Shown: one piece after another, positions 1 to 9,931 of the stretch
How the letters are laid out: every line of letters starts with the position of its first letter
Numbering within the stretch: the stretch's first letter is position 1
Assembly (NCBI GenBank): GCA_963828255.1
Contig: CAWHDZ010000025.1
Span: forward strand, 32,001 to 96,000
Source of the DNA: an uncultured delta proteobacterium
GTDB taxonomy: Bacteria; Myxococcota; Myxococcia; Myxococcales; Anaeromyxobacteraceae
Direction of reading: 5' to 3'
Length of the DNA stretch: 64,000 nt
The notes under the pieces: generated by a model
Seen by the model: the letters and a program-made list of their open reading frames with translations, nothing else
Databases searched by the model: none
What the model was told of the DNA's origin: nothing
Program-made: the position numbers and the translations under genes

Positions 1-775
1 CCTCCAGGTTTCCCACCCAGACGTCCACCGGACGCACCGTTCCCAGGTAGGCGTGGGGGAAGCCGTCCGCGTTGTTCGACATGAGCAGCGTGTTGCGCAT
101 GCCCGGCCCCCACCAGAGGTTCTCGGTGGAGACGCCGATGCCGACCCCGGCGTAGGCGACCTGCACGTAGCTCTGCCCTGGCGACAACGTCCAGAAGTTC
201 GCGTCCCCGAAGCGCTGCGGAACGTCGAGCGCCTCCCCGTAGTACGGGTTGGAATAGGCCAGGTTCCCGGGCAGGCCGGTGGAGAGCATGGGGAATGCGG
301 CGTTCTGCTGCCAGGCCACGCCGGGCACGAAGGCCGCCGAGAGGATCCCCCACTTGAACTGGAGGCCGACGCCGAGCTGCGCCGAGACGCCCTTCCCCTG
401 CCAGACCGCGCCGTCGTTCGCGCCCGACGGGTAGCTGGTGTTGGCGTACACGGAGAGCATGGCCGGGACCCACTCCAGCGAGAGCGAGCCGGGGGTCTTC
501 TCGGCCTCCACCTTGCGGCCCAGCGGCAGGGCCGGACCCTCGGCGCAGAGCGGCACGGCGCGATCGCCCGGGCGCTGGAAGAGGTCGGGGCGCAGCGGCG
601 CGGCGCCCACGTCCTGGGCCATGCGGGCCAGGTCCGCCCACGGCGTCCCGATGCCGTAGGCCTGCAACACCTCTCCGGAGAGCGCGCAGGACGGGCCGTT
701 GGGATCGGCGCTGCCGTCGGCCGCGGCAGCGTCGGCCGCGGCCAGGAGGACGGCGAGGGCGAGGACGGACGTCAC
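1..775 (-). CDS. Capsule assembly Wzi-family outer-membrane protein (5' part; runs off window start)
   Basis: Not in the ORF track; my translation from GTG at 775 gives a signal peptide (VTSVLALAVLLAAA) and later ...PQRFGDANFWTLSPGQSYVQVAYAGVGIGVSTENLWWGPGMRNTLLMSNNADGFPH, the WWGPG...LLMSNNA motif typical of Wzi-like proteins. Confidence 0.75.
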   Translation of the reverse strand, partial: MTSVLALAVLLAAADAAAADGSADPNGPSCALSGEVLQAYGIGTPWADLARMAQDVGAAPLRPDLFQRPGDRAVPLCAEGPALPLGRKVEAEKTPGSLSLEWVPAMLSVYANTSYPSGANDGAVWQGKGVSAQLGVGLQFKWGILSAAFVPGVAWQQNAAFPMLSTGLPGNLAYSNPYYGEALDVPQRFGDANFWTLSPGQSYVQVAYAGVGIGVSTENLWWGPGMRNTLLMSNNADGFPHAYLGTVRPVDVWVGNLE

Positions 776-791
776 GCCCCGGGAGACTACC

Positions 792-1319
792 TCACTCCCG
801 CGACTGCTCCTTCAAGGCCTTGAGCCCCTTCTCGAAGTCGGGCCCGACCATGCCGTCCATGTCCATGAAGAGCGCGAAGAGCTTGCCCACGAAGTCGTGC
901 TCGCCCGTCATCGACCAGGTCACCTTGGTCCCGGCAGGGTCGGGTGCGAGGTCGAAGGTGGTGAGGCTGGTCTGCTCCCACGGCTTCAGGAACTGGAGCT
1001 CGATGACCACCTGGCGGTCCGGGGTGAGCCCCTTCACCGTCATGCGCCCCTCGCCGACCTTGTCGTTCCCCTTCCAGTGGTAGGTCGAGCCGACCGTCCC
1101 CGGCGTGCCGGAGTAGTCGAGCTTCATGGCCGGATCGAGCTTGGCCCAGGGCGACCAGCCCTCCCACTTCGTGAGGTCGGCGACCCGGGAGTAGACTTCC
1201 GCCGCCGGGGCCCGGACCACCGCGCTGCGCTCGACCCTGTAGATGGACGGGCGATAGGCGACGAAGCCCCCGAAGGCGAACACCAGGACCAGCAGGATCA
1301 CGACGATTTTCTTGAACAT
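792..1319 (-). CDS. SRPBCC/polyketide cyclase-dehydrase family protein with N-terminal membrane anchor
   Basis: VERSAVVRAPAAEVYSRVADLTKWEGWSPW START-like signature; hydrophobic N-terminus. Confidence 0.85.
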   Translation of the reverse strand: MFKKIVVILLVLVFAFGGFVAYRPSIYRVERSAVVRAPAAEVYSRVADLTKWEGWSPWAKLDPAMKLDYSGTPGTVGSTYHWKGNDKVGEGRMTVKGLTPDRQVVIELQFLKPWEQTSLTTFDLAPDPAGTKVTWSMTGEHDFVGKLFALFMDMDGMVGPDFEKGLKALKEQSRE

Positions 1320-1394
1320 TGGCGATCTCCGATAGCACGGATGGAAGCGGTCAGACTGGCCTGCTATCTAACGCCTCCCTGGGGGCGCCACACC

Positions 1395-4300
1395 TTGTCC
1401 GACTTCGTCCATCTCCACCTGCACAGCCTCTACTCCCTCCTCGACGGCGCCATCCGCATCGGCGACCTGACCCGGACGGTGAAGGAGCGGGGCATGAACA
1501 CCGTGGCCGTCACCGACCACGGCAACCTCTTCGGCGCCGTGGACTTCTACAAGAACGCCCGGGCGGCCGGGGTGAAGCCCATCCTGGGCATGGAGGCCTA
1601 CGTCGCCGGCCCCAAGGGACGGCAGGACCGCAGCGAGCGGGTGGGCCGCCACCTCATCCTCCTGGCCAGGAACGCCGAGGGCTGGGCCAACCTCCGCTAC
1701 CTCTCCTCCATGGCCTACGCCGAGGGGTTCTACTACGACCCCCGCATCGACAAGCCCCTGCTGCGCGAGCACGCCAAGGGGCTGGTCGGGCTCACCGCCT
1801 GCCTGGGCGGCGAGATCCCGCGGCTCGCCCACAAGGGCGACATGGACGGGGCCCGCGCCGCCGCCCGGGAGTACCGCGACATCTTCGAGCCCGGCAGCTT
1901 CTTCCTGGAGGTGCAGTCGAACGGCATGGCCGAGCAGCTGGAGGTGAACTCCCGGCTGGCCGAGCTTTCCGAGAGCGAGGGCATCCCGCTCGTGGCCACC
2001 GCCGATGCACATTACGTGAACCGCAGCGACGCGAAGGCGCACGAGGTCCTCATGTGCATCGCGTCCAACAAGACCCTCACCGACCCGCGCCGCCTGCACC
2101 ACAAGACCGACGGGCTCTTCGTGGCCTCGCCGGACGACATGCTGGCCTCCCTGCCCCAGTACAGGGAGGCCATCGCCAACACGGTGCGCATCGCCGAGAT
2201 GTGCAACGTCGAGCTCAAGCTGGGCGGCAGCTACCTGCCCCGCTTCCAGCTGCCCGACGGCGTCACCGAGGACGACTGGCTGGGCAAGCTGGCGCAGGAG
2301 GGTCTCGAGCGGCGATTCAAGGAGATCGAGGGCAAGTACCCCCACGACCGGGACCTCTACCGGCAGCGGCTCGAGACCGAGGTGGGGATCATCCGGTCCA
2401 TGAACTTCTCCGGCTACTTCCTCATCGTCCAGGACTTCATCAACTGGGCCAAGGGACGGCAGGTGCCGGTGGGTCCGGGGCGCGGCTCGGGAGCCGGCTC
2501 CATCGTGGCCTGGTCGCTGCGCATCACCGACCTCGACCCCATCCGCTGGAACCTCCTCTTCGAGCGGTTCCTCAACCCCGAGCGCGTGTCGATGCCCGAC
2601 TTCGACATCGACTTCTGCCAGGAGCGGCGCGACGAGGTCATCCACTACGTGGCCGGGAAGTACGGCAAGGACAACGTCGGCCAGATCATCACCTTCGGCT
2701 CGCTCAAGGCCCGCTCGGTGATCCGCGACGTGGTCCGGGTCATGGGGCTCCCCTTCGCCGAGGGGGACCGCATCGCCAAGCTCGTTCCCGAGCCGGTGCA
2801 GGGCAAGGTGAAGCCCCTCAAGGAGTGCATCGAGATCGAGCCGCGCCTGGCCGAGCTGTACGAGAAGCCCACCCTGGTGCGCGAGTGGACCGAGCCCGAC
2901 GGCTCGCAGCGCAAGGTGACCACCCGCGACATCCTCGACATCGCCATGGCGCTCGAGGGGCTGAACCGGCAGGCCGGCCTTCACGCCGCCGGCGTGGTCA
3001 TCGCCGACAGGCCGCTCTGGGAGTACGTCCCGGTCTACAAGGACGACAAGAGCGACACGCTGGTCTCGCAGTTCTCCAAGGACGACGCGGAGGCGGCCGG
3101 ACTCGTCAAGTTCGACTTCCTGGGCCTGAAGACCCTCACCGTGATCGACGAGGCGCTCAAGCGGGTGAGGAGGAACCACCCCGACCAGGCGACGCTCGCC
3201 GCCGACCAGATCCCCATCGACGACCCGGCGGTCTACGAGCTCATCGCCCGCGGCGACACCGACGGCGTCTTCCAGATGGAGTCGGAGGGCTTCACCCACA
3301 TGGTGACGAAGATGAAGCCGTCGGGCTTCGACGACGTCATCGCCGCCGGCGCGCTCTTCCGCCCCGGCCCGCTCGACCAGAAGGTGGACGGCGGCCGCAC
3401 CATGGTCGACGTCTACATCGACCGCAAGCTGGGCAAGGAGAAGGTCCGCTACCCCCACGACCGGCTCGAGCCCATCCTCCGGGAGACCTACGGCGTCATC
3501 GTCTACCAGGAACAGGTCATGCAGATCTCCCAGGTGCTGGCCGGCTACAGCCTGGGACGCGCCGACATCCTGCGCCGCGCCATGGGGAAGAAGAAGGCCG
3601 GGGAGATGGCCAAGGAGCGGGCCGGCTTCCTGGCCGGCTGCGTGGAGAAGGGGGTGGACGCGGCGGTGGCCGGCTCCATCTTCGACATGATGGAGAAGTT
3701 CGCCGCCTACGGCTTCAACAAGAGCCACTCGGCGGCCTACGGGTTCCTCACCGTGCAGACCGCCTGGCTGAAGGCCCACTACCCGGTCGAGTTCATGGCC
3801 GCGCTGCTCACCAGCGAGTCGGGGAGCACCGACAAGGTGGTGGCCCACATCTTCGGGGCCCGCCAGTCGGGCATCGAGGTCCTTTCACCCGACGTGAACG
3901 AGTCGGCGAGCTCGTTCACGGCGCATCCCCCGGCGGCGCCGGCGCAGCCGGCGCAAGGCGCGGCGCCCTCTCCGGCCACGGGGATTGCTCCACCCTCCGC
4001 GCGCGGCAGGATCCGCTTCGGCCTGGGCGCCGTGAAGGGCGTGGGCGACAGCGCCGTCGAGGCCGTGCTGGCCGCCCGCGAGGAGGGCGGCCCCTTCAAG
4101 AGCCTCTTCGACTTCTGCTCCCGCATCGATCCACGCCGGGTGAACAAGAAGGTCATCGAGGCCCTGGTGAAGAGCGGCGCCTTCGACTTCGAGGGAGTGC
4201 CCCGCTGGAGGCTCGCCGCCGGGATCGACGCGGCCCTGTCGGCGGGCTCGTCGGCCCACGCCGACCGGCAGAGCGGCCAGGCCAGCCTCTTCGGCGCCCT

Positions 4301-5048
4301 GCCCGTCGCCGACACGAGGCCTCGATACCCCGAGCCGGGCGACCGGGTGGGCGACGTCGAGGTGTCGGAGTGGCCCGAGCGGGTGCGGCTGGCCGCCGAG
4401 AAGGAGGCGCTGGGCTTCTACATCACCGGCCACCCGCTGGCCGGCTACGAGAAGGAGGCCCGCCGCTACGCCTCCGCCAACTGCGCCCAGGTGCAGGGGA
4501 AGCGGCAGGGGGACAAGGTCTCGGTGGTGGGCGTGGTCCGCGACCTGCGGGAGCGGCAGAACAAGGAGAAGGGAACCCGCTTCGGGTTCTTCGCGCTCGA
4601 GGACCTGTCCGGCTCGGTGGAGGTCATCTGCTGGGGCGGGCGGGCCGCGCAGGGCAACCGGCCCGCGCAGCGGGGCTGGGGCGACTGGGAGATGCTCGTG
4701 AAGAGCGACGAGCCCTTGCTGGTGCACGGCGAGGTGCGGCTGAACCAGCGGGACGAGGAGCACCCCTCCGCCGAGATCGTGGCCTCCGACATCGAGCTGC
4801 TCTCCCACGTGCGCAACCAGAAGACCTCCGAGGTGGTGCTGCGCATCGACGCCGGCCGGCTCGACGCCGAGACGGTCGGGCAGCTGCGTGCGCTGCTCGG
4901 GCGCCACGGCGGGTCGTGCCCGGTGGGCGTGCGGGCGGTCATCCCGGAGCGCAGCGAGACCCGGCTCAAGGTGAAGGAGAAGGTGGCGCCCTCCGACGAG
5001 TTCCTCGAGGCGGCGCGAAGGTTGGGCTTCGAGGTGGAGCTCCGGTAG
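1395..5048 (+). CDS. dnaE: DNA polymerase III alpha subunit
   Basis: PHP motif FVHLHLHSLYSLLDG directly after TTG at 1395; GPGRGSGAGS, PDFDIDF, HAAGVVI, KFDFLGL, YGFNKSH and a C-terminal OB fold. Confidence 0.97.
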   Translation: MSDFVHLHLHSLYSLLDGAIRIGDLTRTVKERGMNTVAVTDHGNLFGAVDFYKNARAAGVKPILGMEAYVAGPKGRQDRSERVGRHLILLARNAEGWANLRYLSSMAYAEGFYYDPRIDKPLLREHAKGLVGLTACLGGEIPRLAHKGDMDGARAAAREYRDIFEPGSFFLEVQSNGMAEQLEVNSRLAELSESEGIPLVATADAHYVNRSDAKAHEVLMCIASNKTLTDPRRLHHKTDGLFVASPDDMLASLPQYREAIANTVRIAEMCNVELKLGGSYLPRFQLPDGVTEDDWLGKLAQEGLERRFKEIEGKYPHDRDLYRQRLETEVGIIRSMNFSGYFLIVQDFINWAKGRQVPVGPGRGSGAGSIVAWSLRITDLDPIRWNLLFERFLNPERVSMPDFDIDFCQERRDEVIHYVAGKYGKDNVGQIITFGSLKARSVIRDVVRVMGLPFAEGDRIAKLVPEPVQGKVKPLKECIEIEPRLAELYEKPTLVREWTEPDGSQRKVTTRDILDIAMALEGLNRQAGLHAAGVVIADRPLWEYVPVYKDDKSDTLVSQFSKDDAEAAGLVKFDFLGLKTLTVIDEALKRVRRNHPDQATLAADQIPIDDPAVYELIARGDTDGVFQMESEGFTHMVTKMKPSGFDDVIAAGALFRPGPLDQKVDGGRTMVDVYIDRKLGKEKVRYPHDRLEPILRETYGVIVYQEQVMQISQVLAGYSLGRADILRRAMGKKKAGEMAKERAGFLAGCVEKGVDAAVAGSIFDMMEKFAAYGFNKSHSAAYGFLTVQTAWLKAHYPVEFMAALLTSESGSTDKVVAHIFGARQSGIEVLSPDVNESASSFTAHPPAAPAQPAQGAAPSPATGIAPPSARGRIRFGLGAVKGVGDSAVEAVLAAREEGGPFKSLFDFCSRIDPRRVNKKVIEALVKSGAFDFEGVPRWRLAAGIDAALSAGSSAHADRQSGQASLFGALPVADTRPRYPEPGDRVGDVEVSEWPERVRLAAEKEALGFYITGHPLAGYEKEARRYASANCAQVQGKRQGDKVSVVGVVRDLRERQNKEKGTRFGFFALEDLSGSVEVICWGGRAAQGNRPAQRGWGDWEMLVKSDEPLLVHGEVRLNQRDEEHPSAEIVASDIELLSHVRNQKTSEVVLRIDAGRLDAETVGQLRALLGRHGGSCPVGVRAVIPERSETRLKVKEKVAPSDEFLEAARRLGFEVELR

Positions 5049-5064
5049 CCTAGACTCGGCGGCC

Positions 5065-6390
5065 ATGGACAAGACCCTCCTCGCCCGGATCCAGGACCGC
5101 AGCGCCCGCATCGGCATCGTCGGACAGGGATACGTGGGGCTGCCGCTCGCCCTGCTCTTCCACGAGACCGGGTTCCCGGTCACCGGATTCGACGTCGATC
5201 CGCGCAAGGTGGAGCTGCTCCGCAAGGGGGAGTCGTTCATCAAGCACATCGGGGCCGAGCGGGTCACGGCGGCGGTGCGGAGCGGCCGGTACCAGGCCAC
5301 CACCGACTTCGACGGCCTGCGCGACTGCGACGCCATCGCCATCTGCGTCCCCACGCCGCTCGGCAAGCACCGCGAGCCCGACAACTCCTACATCCACGTC
5401 ACCGGGCGGGAGATCGCGAAGCGGCTCCGCAAGGGGCAGCTCGTCATCCTGGAGTCCACCACCTACCCGGGCACCACCGACGACGAGCTCCGCCCCATCC
5501 TGGAGGAGAGCGGCCTCACCTGTGGGCGCGACTTCTTCCTGGCCTTCTCCCCCGAGCGGGAGGACCCGGGCCGCAAGGACTTCGACACGAGGAGCACGGC
5601 CAAGGTGGTGGGCGGGTTCGACGCGGCATCCACGGCGCTCGCCGTGGCCCTCTACCAGACCGGCGTCGCCAAGGTGGTCCCGGTGTCGAGCGCGCGGGTG
5701 GCCGAGTCGGCCAAGCTCCTCGAGAACGTCTTCCGCTCGGTGAACATCGCGCTGGTGAACGAGCTGAAGACGGTCTTCGACCGGATGGACATCGACATCT
5801 GGGAGGTCATCGAGGCGGCCAAGACCAAGCCCTTCGGCTTCATGCCCTTCTACCCGGGGCCGGGGCTGGGCGGGCACTGCATCCCCCTCGACCCCTTCTA
5901 CCTGTCCTGGAAGGCCGCCGAGCACGGCCAGTGGGCCCGCTTCGTGGAGCTGGCCGGCGAGATCAACACCAGCATGCCGCGCTGGGTGGTGGGCAAGATC
6001 GCCGAGGCCCTGAACGACGATGCCAAGCCCATCCGGGGATCGCGGGTGCTCGTCCTGGGGCTGGCCTACAAGGCCAACATCGACGACGACCGGGAGTCGC
6101 CGTCCTACGAGATCATCGAGCTTCTCCAGCACGCCGGCGCCCGGGTGGACTACTGCGACCCGTTCTTCCCGACGACGCCGGTCACGCGCAAGCGGACGTT
6201 GGGGATGACGTCGGTGGCGAGCGACAACGCGTCCTGGCGCGGCTACGACGCGGTGGTGGTCTCCACGGCCCACGAGCTGTTCAAGGACCCGGCGCTCTTC
6301 GAGGGGCTGCCGCTCGTCGTCGACACGCGAAATCTGATGACGGGTCTTTTTCCCCGTGGTGGCGGGCCGAAGCGGGTCGTGAAGGCGTAG
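5065..6390 (+). CDS. Nucleotide-sugar dehydrogenase (UDP-N-acetylhexosamine 6-dehydrogenase, WbpA/WecC-like)
   Basis: GQGYVGLP Rossmann motif, ICVPTP, ESTTYPGTT, FSPERED, GGHCIPLDP, GLAYK. Confidence 0.92.
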   Translation: MDKTLLARIQDRSARIGIVGQGYVGLPLALLFHETGFPVTGFDVDPRKVELLRKGESFIKHIGAERVTAAVRSGRYQATTDFDGLRDCDAIAICVPTPLGKHREPDNSYIHVTGREIAKRLRKGQLVILESTTYPGTTDDELRPILEESGLTCGRDFFLAFSPEREDPGRKDFDTRSTAKVVGGFDAASTALAVALYQTGVAKVVPVSSARVAESAKLLENVFRSVNIALVNELKTVFDRMDIDIWEVIEAAKTKPFGFMPFYPGPGLGGHCIPLDPFYLSWKAAEHGQWARFVELAGEINTSMPRWVVGKIAEALNDDAKPIRGSRVLVLGLAYKANIDDDRESPSYEIIELLQHAGARVDYCDPFFPTTPVTRKRTLGMTSVASDNASWRGYDAVVVSTAHELFKDPALFEGLPLVVDTRNLMTGLFPRGGGPKRVVKA

Positions 6391-6535
6391 GCATCCCCCG
6401 AGTGGCGCGTCCCGTGCATAGGGGACGGCCCCCGTTATGGGCATCTTACCCTCCCCAAAGTGGGAGGAGGTGCTACATTCCTTGGGGGGTTCCTTGGATG
6501 TTCCTCATCAAGGCAGCTCGGGGGAGGTTCACACG

Positions 6536-7057
6536 ATGATGCGCGCCAATGCACGGCTTCTGCCCAGGGGATCGTCGGCATACTCCGACGGTGACGGGGC
6601 GCTTCGCTGCGACAGGGCGGGCGAGGACATGCTGCGTGCGTTCTGGCCCGTCGCGGCCGAGGGCGCGTCGCTTCCCGCCGAGCTCCGCGGCCTCGCCGAC
6701 GGCGCGCAGGCCGGGCCGCCGGGAGTGCGCCGCACCCTCATCATGGAGCACGCCGGCGAGCGGCTCCGGATCGAGTCCACCGCGGTGGGCAAGGGGCGCA
6801 CCCAGTTCCACCTCTGGCGCGAGATGCTGCCCGGCGTGGTCGAGAGCCCCTCCGTGGTCGAGGAGGCCACCTCCGACGGATTGACCCAGCGTGAACGGGA
6901 GGTCGCCCTGCTCGTGGCCGACGGGCTGCGCAGCCGCGAGGTCGCCGAGCGGCTCACCATCGCCCCGCAGACCGTCAAGAGCCATCTGAAGACCATCTTC
7001 GACAAGCTGGGCGTGCGCAACCGCGTGGAACTGGCGCGGCGCCTGTCGAACCGGTAG
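6536..7057 (+). CDS. LuxR-family HTH regulator without a receiver domain
   Basis: C-terminal LTQREREVALLVADGLRSREVAERLTIAPQTVKSHLKTIFDKLGV; GGAGG RBS before ATG 6536. Confidence 0.85.
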   Translation: MMRANARLLPRGSSAYSDGDGALRCDRAGEDMLRAFWPVAAEGASLPAELRGLADGAQAGPPGVRRTLIMEHAGERLRIESTAVGKGRTQFHLWREMLPGVVESPSVVEEATSDGLTQREREVALLVADGLRSREVAERLTIAPQTVKSHLKTIFDKLGVRNRVELARRLSNR

Positions 7058-8262
7058 TGGTCACCCTGAAGGACGTCCAGGCGGCGCGGGAGCGCGTCCG
7101 CGACGCGCTCTACCTGTCCCCCTGCGCGCGCACCGAGACCCTCTCCCGGGTCTCCCGGACGCAGGCCTTCCTCAAGCTCGACAACCTCCAGATGACGGGC
7201 GCCTACAAGGAGCGCGGCGCCCTGAACAAGATCCTCACCCTGGGTGAAGCGGAGCGGGCCCGGGGGCTCATCGCCGCCTCGGCCGGGAACCACGCCCAGG
7301 CCGTGGCCTACCACGCCGGCCGGCTCGGGCTCGCGGCCACCATCGTCATGCCGGAGACCACCCCCATCATGAAGGTGGCCAACACCCGGGGGCACGGGGC
7401 CCGGGTGGTGCTCTCCGGCGCGAACTACGACGAGGCCCATGCCGAGGCGCGCCGGATGGAGCGGGAGGAGGGGCTCACCTTCGTGCACCCCTTCGACGAC
7501 GAGGCGATCATCGCCGGCCAGGGCACGCTGGGGCTGGAGGTGGTGGAGCAGGTGGCCGGGCTCGACGCGGTGCTGGTGCCGGTGGGGGGAGGCGGGCTCA
7601 TCTCCGGCGTGGCCGTGGCCGTCAAGGCCCTGGCGCCCCGGGTGAAGGTCATCGGCGTCGAGGCCGACGCGATCCCCTGCATGCAGGCGGCGGTGGAGGC
7701 GGGCGAGCTGGTGACGCTCGACGCCGCGTCCACGCTGGCCGACGGCATCGCGGTGCGTCGGGCCGGCGAGATCACCTTCGAGCACGTCCAGTCCCTGGTG
7801 GACGACGTCATCACCGTGACCGAGGAGGAGATCGCCTCGGCCATCCTCTACCTCCTCGAGAAGGAGAAGACGGTGGCCGAGGGGGCCGGAGCGGTGGGGG
7901 TGGCGGCGCTCATGCACCACAAGCTGCCCGGGCTCGAGGGCAAGCGGGTCTGCTCGGTCATCTCCGGCGGCAACATCGACGTGAACGTGGTGGCCCGGGT
8001 CATCGAGCGGGGGCTGGTGAAGGACGGGCGGCTGGTTCGCGTCAACATCCGGCTGCTCGACAAGCCCGGCCAGCTCACCATCGTCTCCGGCATCATCTCG
8101 GGCCTGCGCGCCAACGTCATCGAGGTGCACCACTCCCGGGCCTTCTCCGAGAAGTTCGGGGACACCACCCTGCTCCTCACGCTCGAGACGCGCGGACCGG
8201 AGCACGTCGAGGAGATCCTCGGGGGGTTGCGGGAGCACGGTTACCGGGTCGACCTGGTGTAG
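7057..8262 (+). CDS. ilvA: Threonine ammonia-lyase (PLP) with C-terminal ACT domain
   Basis: LKLDNLQMTGAYKERGA, SAGNHAQ, VPVGGGGL, SGGNID; ACT-like C-terminus. Confidence 0.9.
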   Translation: MVTLKDVQAARERVRDALYLSPCARTETLSRVSRTQAFLKLDNLQMTGAYKERGALNKILTLGEAERARGLIAASAGNHAQAVAYHAGRLGLAATIVMPETTPIMKVANTRGHGARVVLSGANYDEAHAEARRMEREEGLTFVHPFDDEAIIAGQGTLGLEVVEQVAGLDAVLVPVGGGGLISGVAVAVKALAPRVKVIGVEADAIPCMQAAVEAGELVTLDAASTLADGIAVRRAGEITFEHVQSLVDDVITVTEEEIASAILYLLEKEKTVAEGAGAVGVAALMHHKLPGLEGKRVCSVISGGNIDVNVVARVIERGLVKDGRLVRVNIRLLDKPGQLTIVSGIISGLRANVIEVHHSRAFSEKFGDTTLLLTLETRGPEHVEEILGGLREHGYRVDLV

Positions 8263-8271
8263 GCTCCAGGC

Positions 8272-8934
8272 GTGCGCGCCTCACTCCACGGACGACCGAC
8301 CCGGCACCAGCGCGCCTGGCTCGCGCCCACCTGGCCCGTGCACCTCGCGTCGCAGCTCTCCTCCGAGGCCCGGGCCACCCTCACCCACTGGTTCGCCCGC
8401 GGGTTCCCGGCGGTGGTCTGCCGGGACGATCCCGGCGACGCGGCGGGGGTGGCGCTCTCCGTCACCCTGCCGGCCTCGCGCTGGAACGCCACCATCCGCT
8501 TCACGGTGGGGCGCGCCGCGGTGACGCGGAGGGCCCCCCCGCTGCCGCTCGCCGAGGCCATGCTGAGCGCCCCGCGCGGCTGGCTGGTCCCCCTCTCCGA
8601 CCTGGAGCGGGCCGCGGCCGGCGTGGAGGTTCCGCTCTCGGTGACCGGGGCGCTGGCCTGGCAGCACATCACCGGCGAGCGGTACGTGGCCCCCCGGTCG
8701 CCGGTGGACCTCCTCTTCCGCCCCCGGTCGCGCGAGCAGCTCGACCGGATCCTCACCGTGCTCCGGGTGCGGGAGGACTGGGAAGGCCCTCCGCTCGTCG
8801 GGGAGGCGGTCCTGGGGTGGGACGCCGCCGTCGCCTGGCGCGACCTGGCGCACGGCCGCCGCCGGGTTCTGGTCCGGAGCGCCGGGAGCGAGACCGTTCA
8901 GGACGTGGAGAGGCTGCTGGTGAGATTGAGGTAG
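8272..8934 (+). CDS. MdcG-like protein (malonate decarboxylase holo-ACP synthase fold), possibly catalytically degenerate
   Basis: GFPAVVCR, GVALSVTLP, GALAWQHITGERYV..SPVDLLFRP, GE..AVAWRDL, VLVRS follow the MdcG motif order. Confidence 0.65.
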   Translation: MRASLHGRPTRHQRAWLAPTWPVHLASQLSSEARATLTHWFARGFPAVVCRDDPGDAAGVALSVTLPASRWNATIRFTVGRAAVTRRAPPLPLAEAMLSAPRGWLVPLSDLERAAAGVEVPLSVTGALAWQHITGERYVAPRSPVDLLFRPRSREQLDRILTVLRVREDWEGPPLVGEAVLGWDAAVAWRDLAHGRRRVLVRSAGSETVQDVERLLVRLR

Positions 8935-8955
8935 ACGGCGGGCTGCAGCCGGGGG

Positions 8956-9927
8956 CTATCGCGCGAACGCCGCGCGGGCCCAGGCCACGGTCTGGCGGGC
9001 CGCCTCGCCGGGCGCGGTGGGCTGGACCGCGAACCTGTCGCGGAAGGCCCGGTCGTCGGCGACGTAGGGCTCGTCCCACTGGTAGAGCATCTCGTCCACC
9101 TCGCGCAGGACGGGGATGAAGAGGCCGAGGACCTTCACCATGGGGCGAGGCATCCTTCGCACCGGCGCAGGGACGCCGGCGGCGGACGCGAACCAGGCCA
9201 CGAGCTGGCGGGTGCTCCCGGCCGGAGCGCAGGGCAGGATCCAGCGCTTGCCCTCGGCCGCGCCGCTCGCCTCGTCGCCCGCCTCCCCCAGCGCCGCCAG
9301 GCCGGCCGCCACGTCGGGGATGAAGTGGTAGGTGTGCAGGGTATCGGGGTTTCCCAGGACCTCGGCCCCCTTCCCCGCGAGCAGGCGGGTCCAGAACCGC
9401 TCCCCGAAGGCCGTCATCACGCCACCCGGACCGAAGAAGTCGGAGGCCCGGCCGGTGACGGCGCGGACGTCGCCGCGGCGGACGGCCTCCTGGAGGGAGG
9501 CGGCGAGGCGGGCCCGGATCGCCCCCTTCCGGCTGCACGGGGAGGCCGGGGTCGTCTCGTCCATGGCGCGGCCTCCCGTTCTCCCCACCGCGTACAGGTT
9601 GTCGAGCACGACCAGGCGGGCGCCTGCCTTGCCGGCCGCGGCGACCAGGCTCTCCTGGATGCGCGGGAGCTCGGCCTCCCAGACCCTGGTGTCGTACCGG
9701 GGGTTCATGCAGTGGTACACGGCCGCCGCGCCGTCCACGACGCGGCGGCAGGCCTCCTCGTCCATCGCGTCCGCCGCCACGACCTGGATCCCCGCATCGG
9801 CGCCGGGGATCGGCTTGCCCGACCGGCTGACCAGCCGGACGGCGTGGCCGCGGGAGGCGAGGATGCGGGCGAGGTGCGGGCCGACCTGCCCGGCCCCGAA
9901 GACCACGTGGATGCTTCTGGGAGCCAT
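8956..9927 (-). CDS. NAD-dependent epimerase/dehydratase family protein
   Basis: VVFGAGQVG Rossmann motif; DNLYAVG, RASDFFGP. Confidence 0.85.
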   Translation of the reverse strand: MAPRSIHVVFGAGQVGPHLARILASRGHAVRLVSRSGKPIPGADAGIQVVAADAMDEEACRRVVDGAAAVYHCMNPRYDTRVWEAELPRIQESLVAAAGKAGARLVVLDNLYAVGRTGGRAMDETTPASPCSRKGAIRARLAASLQEAVRRGDVRAVTGRASDFFGPGGVMTAFGERFWTRLLAGKGAEVLGNPDTLHTYHFIPDVAAGLAALGEAGDEASGAAEGKRWILPCAPAGSTRQLVAWFASAAGVPAPVRRMPRPMVKVLGLFIPVLREVDEMLYQWDEPYVADDRAFRDRFAVQPTAPGEAARQTVAWARAAFAR

Positions 9928-9931
9928 CCCC

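Noticed and set aside
1395..5048. Intein in dnaE
   Set aside because: Length is normal once the start is set at 1395; no splice-junction or homing endonuclease motifs seen
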